NCBI GenBank assembly: GCA_963668695.2
Contig: CAXXLQ010000004.1
Span: 1,248,001 to 1,312,000 of the forward strand
DNA from: Vicinamibacteria bacterium
Lineage (GTDB): Bacteria; Acidobacteriota; Vicinamibacteria; Marinacidobacterales; Marinacidobacteraceae
DNA length: 64,000 nucleotides
Direction: 5' to 3'
The number at the start of each line of letters is the position of its first letter. Positions within the stretch are counted from its first letter, which is position 1. The notes below the pieces were generated by a model, which ran no database searches, was not told the origin of the DNA, and saw nothing but the letters and a program-made list of their open reading frames with translations. A program made the position numbers and the translations under genes. Shown in pieces: positions 59,898 to 64,000 of the stretch.

Positions 59898-62800
59898 ATG
59901 AATCGGAGGATCCAGCCCCACCGTCGCCGGCTTCTGCTCCTGGCGGCGGCCGTTGTCCTTTGCTCTGTCGGCGCCCAGACACCCGGGCAGGAAGCGGCCG
60001 CCAGAATGAGTCGTGGGGTAGCGCTGCTCGAGCAGTTTCGGTTCTCGGATGCGGCCGCCGAGTTCGAGAGGGTGGTGGAGCTTCGACCGGAGTCGGTAGC
60101 CGCCCACGTGAATCTCGGAATTGCGTGGTTCAACGAGCGTGACTTCGCAGCGGCTCGTGATTCCTTCGCTCGGGCCCGTGATCTCAATCCCGGTGGGCTT
60201 CACGCGCAGTACAACCTGGGTCTCATCGAGAAGCTCGAGGGCAATACCGAGGCGGCGCTGACCGCCTTCCGGCGTGTCGCCGAGGCCGATCCCGACGATG
60301 CAATGACGCAGTACTACCTGGGCGCCGCCTATGCCGCTGCCGGTCGTCTCGAGGAGGCCGAGACCGCGCTGCGCACCGCCATCCGGCTTCAACCGGAGCA
60401 CGAATCAGCCCACTTCAGCTTGGGGAACGTGCTCGTTCGGGCGGGCCGTCGGGACGAGGGCCGCGCCCAGTTGATGCGGTTCCAGGAACTGAAGAACAGC
60501 TTTTCGGGAGGCGGCGTCTCGGCGGGGCTCCAGTACACCGAGCTGGGGCCCTACGCAGAAGCCGTCGAAGAGCGCCCGGTTCCGCTGCATGGCGGGCAGA
60601 ACGAGCCCGTTACCCAGGGCGCGGCCGGTTTCTCGGAATCCACCGCCGAGTGGAACCTCGCGCTGCCTCCTCTGGACCGGACTCCCGAACCGCCTCGGAC
60701 CCTCCGGATGGAGGACTATTCGACCGATTGGGTGGCGCGGCATCTGCTGCCCCAGCTCGGCTCCGGGGTTGCGATACGGGATCTCGATGGAGACGGGAGG
60801 CCAGAAATCCTCTTCGTGCGGAACGGGACGGTTGTGCTGTTTCGCAACACGGGAGATGGCTTCGAAGTCTGGGAGAACGCCGGACTCGAGGTTTCCGGGG
60901 CGGTCAGCGTGACCGTGGGTGATGTGGACCTCGATGGGGATCCGGACCTCTATTTCGCGGGGGTCGGGCCCAACACGCTGCTCCTCAACCGGTTTGGCGA
61001 GACCGGACCGCTCTTCGCGGCGGCGGGGGTTTCGGGAGCTGAGGGAGACGACGTTTCGGTGGGCGCCACTTTCGCCGACTTCGACCATGACGGCGATCTC
61101 GATCTCCAGGTGTCCAACTACGCCCCTTCTTCGCTGGACGGGTTCGATGGGGTTCCGGAGGTGCTTCGCGTTCCGGATGATCTACCAGGTGCTCCGAACC
61201 GCCTCTATCGGAATGACGGCAGCGGGAATTTCACGGATGTAGCCGAGGAAACCCGGACAGCCGGCGGAGCCCGGCGCAGCCTCTTCGCGCTGTTCTCGGA
61301 CTGGGACGACGACCGGGATGTGGACTTCCTGGTGGTGAATGACGGTAGCCCCGTCCAGGTCTTTTCGAACGATCGGGTCGGGACCTTTACCGAGAGCTCC
61401 GAGGAATGGGGCGTCGAAACGGCCTCCCGGATGCGGGGCGCCGCGGCAGCCGACTACGATCGGGATGGCTTTTTTGACCTTCTGCTCTCGGCCGAGGGGA
61501 ACGCTCTCAACATGCTGCTGCGGGGATCCGGACCTGGCGGTTTTTCTCCGGACGTCGGGTCTCCGTTCCTGCTCCGCGCCGGCGTTCCGGGGGCTCGCTA
61601 CGGCGTCTCCTTCCTCGACGCCGACCATGACATGGATCTGGACCTCCTGATGGTCACCGCCGGCGCCGGAGCGCCTCTGACCTATTACGAGAACACCGCT
61701 GCCGGATTCTCACGCGCCGGAACGTTCGGCGACGGGCTTGAATCCGGAGAAGAAGCGAGGGCGCTGGCGACCGGTGATCTGGACGGTGACGGGGACCTCG
61801 ACGCGGTGATCGGTACGACGCGGGGCCGCGTCCTTGCCTTCCGGAACGATCAGACGGGCGCCGGAAACTGGATGGCGGTGAGCCCGCGGGGCCTGCGCAG
61901 CAATCTCGATGGCGTCGGCACCAAGATAGAGGTCCGGGCTTCCGGGGTCAGCCAGCGCCGTCAGGTGCAGACGACTTCGGGTTACCTGTCGCAGAACGAT
62001 CTTCCCGTGCATTTCGGGCTGGGGGATGCGCTGGCTGCCGACTATGTCCGGTTCCTCTGGCCGGGAGGCGTGAAACAGGTAGAGCTCGACGTTCCGGCGC
62101 AGGCGGTCGCGTCGGTGGAGGAGCTGAACCGCAAGGGCACCTCGTGTCCCGTCCTCTACGCGTGGGATGGGGAACGGATCCGCTTCGTCACCGACTTTCT
62201 TGGCGGCAGCGCTCTCGGAAACCTCCTCGCTCCCGGAACCCACAACTTCCCGGATACTGCCGAAGTCGTGAAGATGGAAGCGTTCCCGCTGGTTCCGCGG
62301 AACGGGGCGTTCGAGATGCGCTGGGTAAACCAGCTTGAGGAGGTCATCTTCTACGATCGCGCGGCACTGTGGGTGGCGGACCATCCGGAGGAGGTGGATG
62401 TCTTCCCGGAGGAACGCCTCATGCCGGGCCCGCCATACCCGGAGCCGGGGCTGATCGCAGTAAGCAACCGGCGCGCTCCCACCGCCGCGTCCTCGTCCGG
62501 CAAGACAGGAGGCGGACGGGACGTGACGGCGGCGCTCTCGCGCGTGGATCGGGACTATGTGGACGATTTCGCCTTGCTCCCGTTCAAGGGATACGCGGAA
62601 CCCCACGCACTGACGCTGACCTTCGACGAGGTGCGCCCCGGCGTTCAGCACGTCCTCCTCCTCTACGGATGGGTGGACTATGCGGATTCCAGTTCCAATC
62701 TCGCGGCCTCCCAGGCGGGCGTCCGGAGCCAGCCTCCGGTCCTCGAGGTTGCCGAAGGCGGTGGGTTCCGGATGGCCGTGGACCGAATGGGATTCCCGGC

Positions 62801-63494
62801 GGGTCTGCCCAAGACGATGGTGGTGCGGCTGGAGGATGCCGCGGTCGAGAGCGGGCGCCCGCTCCGGATCCGGACCAACATGCGGATCTACTGGGATCGC
62901 ATCGAACTTGCCGAGGTCGCCGAGACCTCGATTCAGGAGTGGCGACTGGACGCCGCGAGCGCTGAGTTCGGCTTCGCGGGATATCCCGAACCCCACCGCC
63001 CACGCGGAATCCCTCCCACCGAATACCGATACGGGACTCGCGCCGCCCGGGACATCTGGGGCGCCCACGAGGGGGACTACACCCGCTATGGGGACGTGCT
63101 GCCGCTCCTCGCTGAGATAGACGACCGCTACGTGATCGCCCGGCACGGAGACGAACTACGGCTAGGCTTCGACGCGCAGCAACTCCCGCCGACGGCCCCC
63201 GGAACCCGACGCACGTTCTTTGCATTCGCTGATGGATTCGGGAAGGACATGGACCTGAACTCCGCCCGGCCGCACACCGTCGGGCCCCTTCCCTTCCACG
63301 GGATGCCCAGCTACCCGTATCCCGAAGAGGTCTATCCGGATTCCGAAGAGTTGGCGCGCTGGCGGGCCGAATACAACACGCGGCGTATCGGCCCCGAGGG
63401 GCGGCACGGATTCCTGGACGACGGTGAGCCGCCGGGCGTGACGACCGGCGCTCCCGTCCCGCCCGCTGACGGCAGCCGGGAGCGACGTCGCTGA
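59898..63494 (+). CDS. Secreted TPR + FG-GAP + ASPIC/UnbV (CRTAC1-like) protein
   Basis: TPR N-terminus, DxDxDGDxD repeats, SGYLSQN..VHFGLG and SCPVLYAWDG motifs. Confidence 0.9.
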   Translation: MNRRIQPHRRRLLLLAAAVVLCSVGAQTPGQEAAARMSRGVALLEQFRFSDAAAEFERVVELRPESVAAHVNLGIAWFNERDFAAARDSFARARDLNPGGLHAQYNLGLIEKLEGNTEAALTAFRRVAEADPDDAMTQYYLGAAYAAAGRLEEAETALRTAIRLQPEHESAHFSLGNVLVRAGRRDEGRAQLMRFQELKNSFSGGGVSAGLQYTELGPYAEAVEERPVPLHGGQNEPVTQGAAGFSESTAEWNLALPPLDRTPEPPRTLRMEDYSTDWVARHLLPQLGSGVAIRDLDGDGRPEILFVRNGTVVLFRNTGDGFEVWENAGLEVSGAVSVTVGDVDLDGDPDLYFAGVGPNTLLLNRFGETGPLFAAAGVSGAEGDDVSVGATFADFDHDGDLDLQVSNYAPSSLDGFDGVPEVLRVPDDLPGAPNRLYRNDGSGNFTDVAEETRTAGGARRSLFALFSDWDDDRDVDFLVVNDGSPVQVFSNDRVGTFTESSEEWGVETASRMRGAAAADYDRDGFFDLLLSAEGNALNMLLRGSGPGGFSPDVGSPFLLRAGVPGARYGVSFLDADHDMDLDLLMVTAGAGAPLTYYENTAAGFSRAGTFGDGLESGEEARALATGDLDGDGDLDAVIGTTRGRVLAFRNDQTGAGNWMAVSPRGLRSNLDGVGTKIEVRASGVSQRRQVQTTSGYLSQNDLPVHFGLGDALAADYVRFLWPGGVKQVELDVPAQAVASVEELNRKGTSCPVLYAWDGERIRFVTDFLGGSALGNLLAPGTHNFPDTAEVVKMEAFPLVPRNGAFEMRWVNQLEEVIFYDRAALWVADHPEEVDVFPEERLMPGPPYPEPGLIAVSNRRAPTAASSSGKTGGGRDVTAALSRVDRDYVDDFALLPFKGYAEPHALTLTFDEVRPGVQHVLLLYGWVDYADSSSNLAASQAGVRSQPPVLEVAEGGGFRMAVDRMGFPAGLPKTMVVRLEDAAVESGRPLRIRTNMRIYWDRIELAEVAETSIQEWRLDAASAEFGFAGYPEPHRPRGIPPTEYRYGTRAARDIWGAHEGDYTRYGDVLPLLAEIDDRYVIARHGDELRLGFDAQQLPPTAPGTRRTFFAFADGFGKDMDLNSARPHTVGPLPFHGMPSYPYPEEVYPDSEELARWRAEYNTRRIGPEGRHGFLDDGEPPGVTTGAPVPPADGSRERRR

Positions 63495-63509
63495 ACAATC
63501 GATTGGGTC

Positions 63510-63980
63510 ATGCCGAGAGACGCCCTCCGCACCGAGCTCTACCGGTTGCTCTTCGACGATGAGCAGGGGGCGGCGGCCTTTCTCGCACCCCGAATGCTTG
63601 CGGACCCGCAGTCACTAACCCCGGAGGTGCGGTGGTGCCTGGTCTATCTCCTCCGCGGGATACGCTCGGTGGCAGCCAGCAGCCGTCTCCTGGAACCGGA
63701 CTCGGTGCTCTACCTGGTGGCGCACACGGTTGAGACGGCGCGGACGGCGACCGCCGCCGTGGATGGTCTCTGGTACGAGATCGCGAGGGAGCTGCCGGGC
63801 CACTGGCTGCGACGCTACGAGCAGGGCGAGATTCGGTACTCGCTGGAAGAACTGCGCTACCTGAACCTTCTTCTCGCCCGGATCTGGCTCGTGGAGCGCC
63901 AACGGATCGCGTTCATGGATCCGCCGCTGCTGCCGCGCTACCTGCGCGAGCCGGTGGGGGCGGGGTCAGCGCGGATCTGA
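63510..63980 (+). CDS. Hypothetical protein
   Basis: 156-aa ORF starting 15 nt after the preceding gene, same strand. Confidence 0.6.
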   Translation: MPRDALRTELYRLLFDDEQGAAAFLAPRMLADPQSLTPEVRWCLVYLLRGIRSVAASSRLLEPDSVLYLVAHTVETARTATAAVDGLWYEIARELPGHWLRRYEQGEIRYSLEELRYLNLLLARIWLVERQRIAFMDPPLLPRYLREPVGAGSARI

Positions 63981-64000
63981 CCCCGCGGGAGCTTCAGGCT

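Overview
High-GC bacterial chromosomal window. The gene content (CRTAC1/ASPIC-UnbV, DUF5916, VPS10-type hydrolase, CGxxGPPLPP lipoprotein) suggests Acidobacteriota, but this is inference. It is mostly housekeeping: tmRNA, tRNA-Leu(CAA), tRNA-CAT, amt-P-II-glnA, gpmA, pckA, carD, hslVU, transaldolase, acyl-CoA carboxylase subunits, tamB and an Omp85 gene, two sigma factors, rnhA and an ABC-F ATPase. Two features are not explained by the ORF track. (1) An AhpD-like gene is split by an in-frame TGA at the second Cys of CxxC and is followed 11 nt later by an fdhF-like SECIS hairpin, which makes it a probable selenoprotein. (2) Intergenic DNA carries a dense, nested repeat system: about 11 MITE-like copies with YTAR target sites that often coincide with stop codons, a second MITE-like family and a REP-like family. 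An 18-bp unit (CCCCACCGGGAGAACTGG, about 35 copies by eye) appears to have been inserted independently at several positions inside these repeats, with both empty and filled alleles visible in the window. No transposase, integrase, CRISPR array or sel genes were seen in the window.
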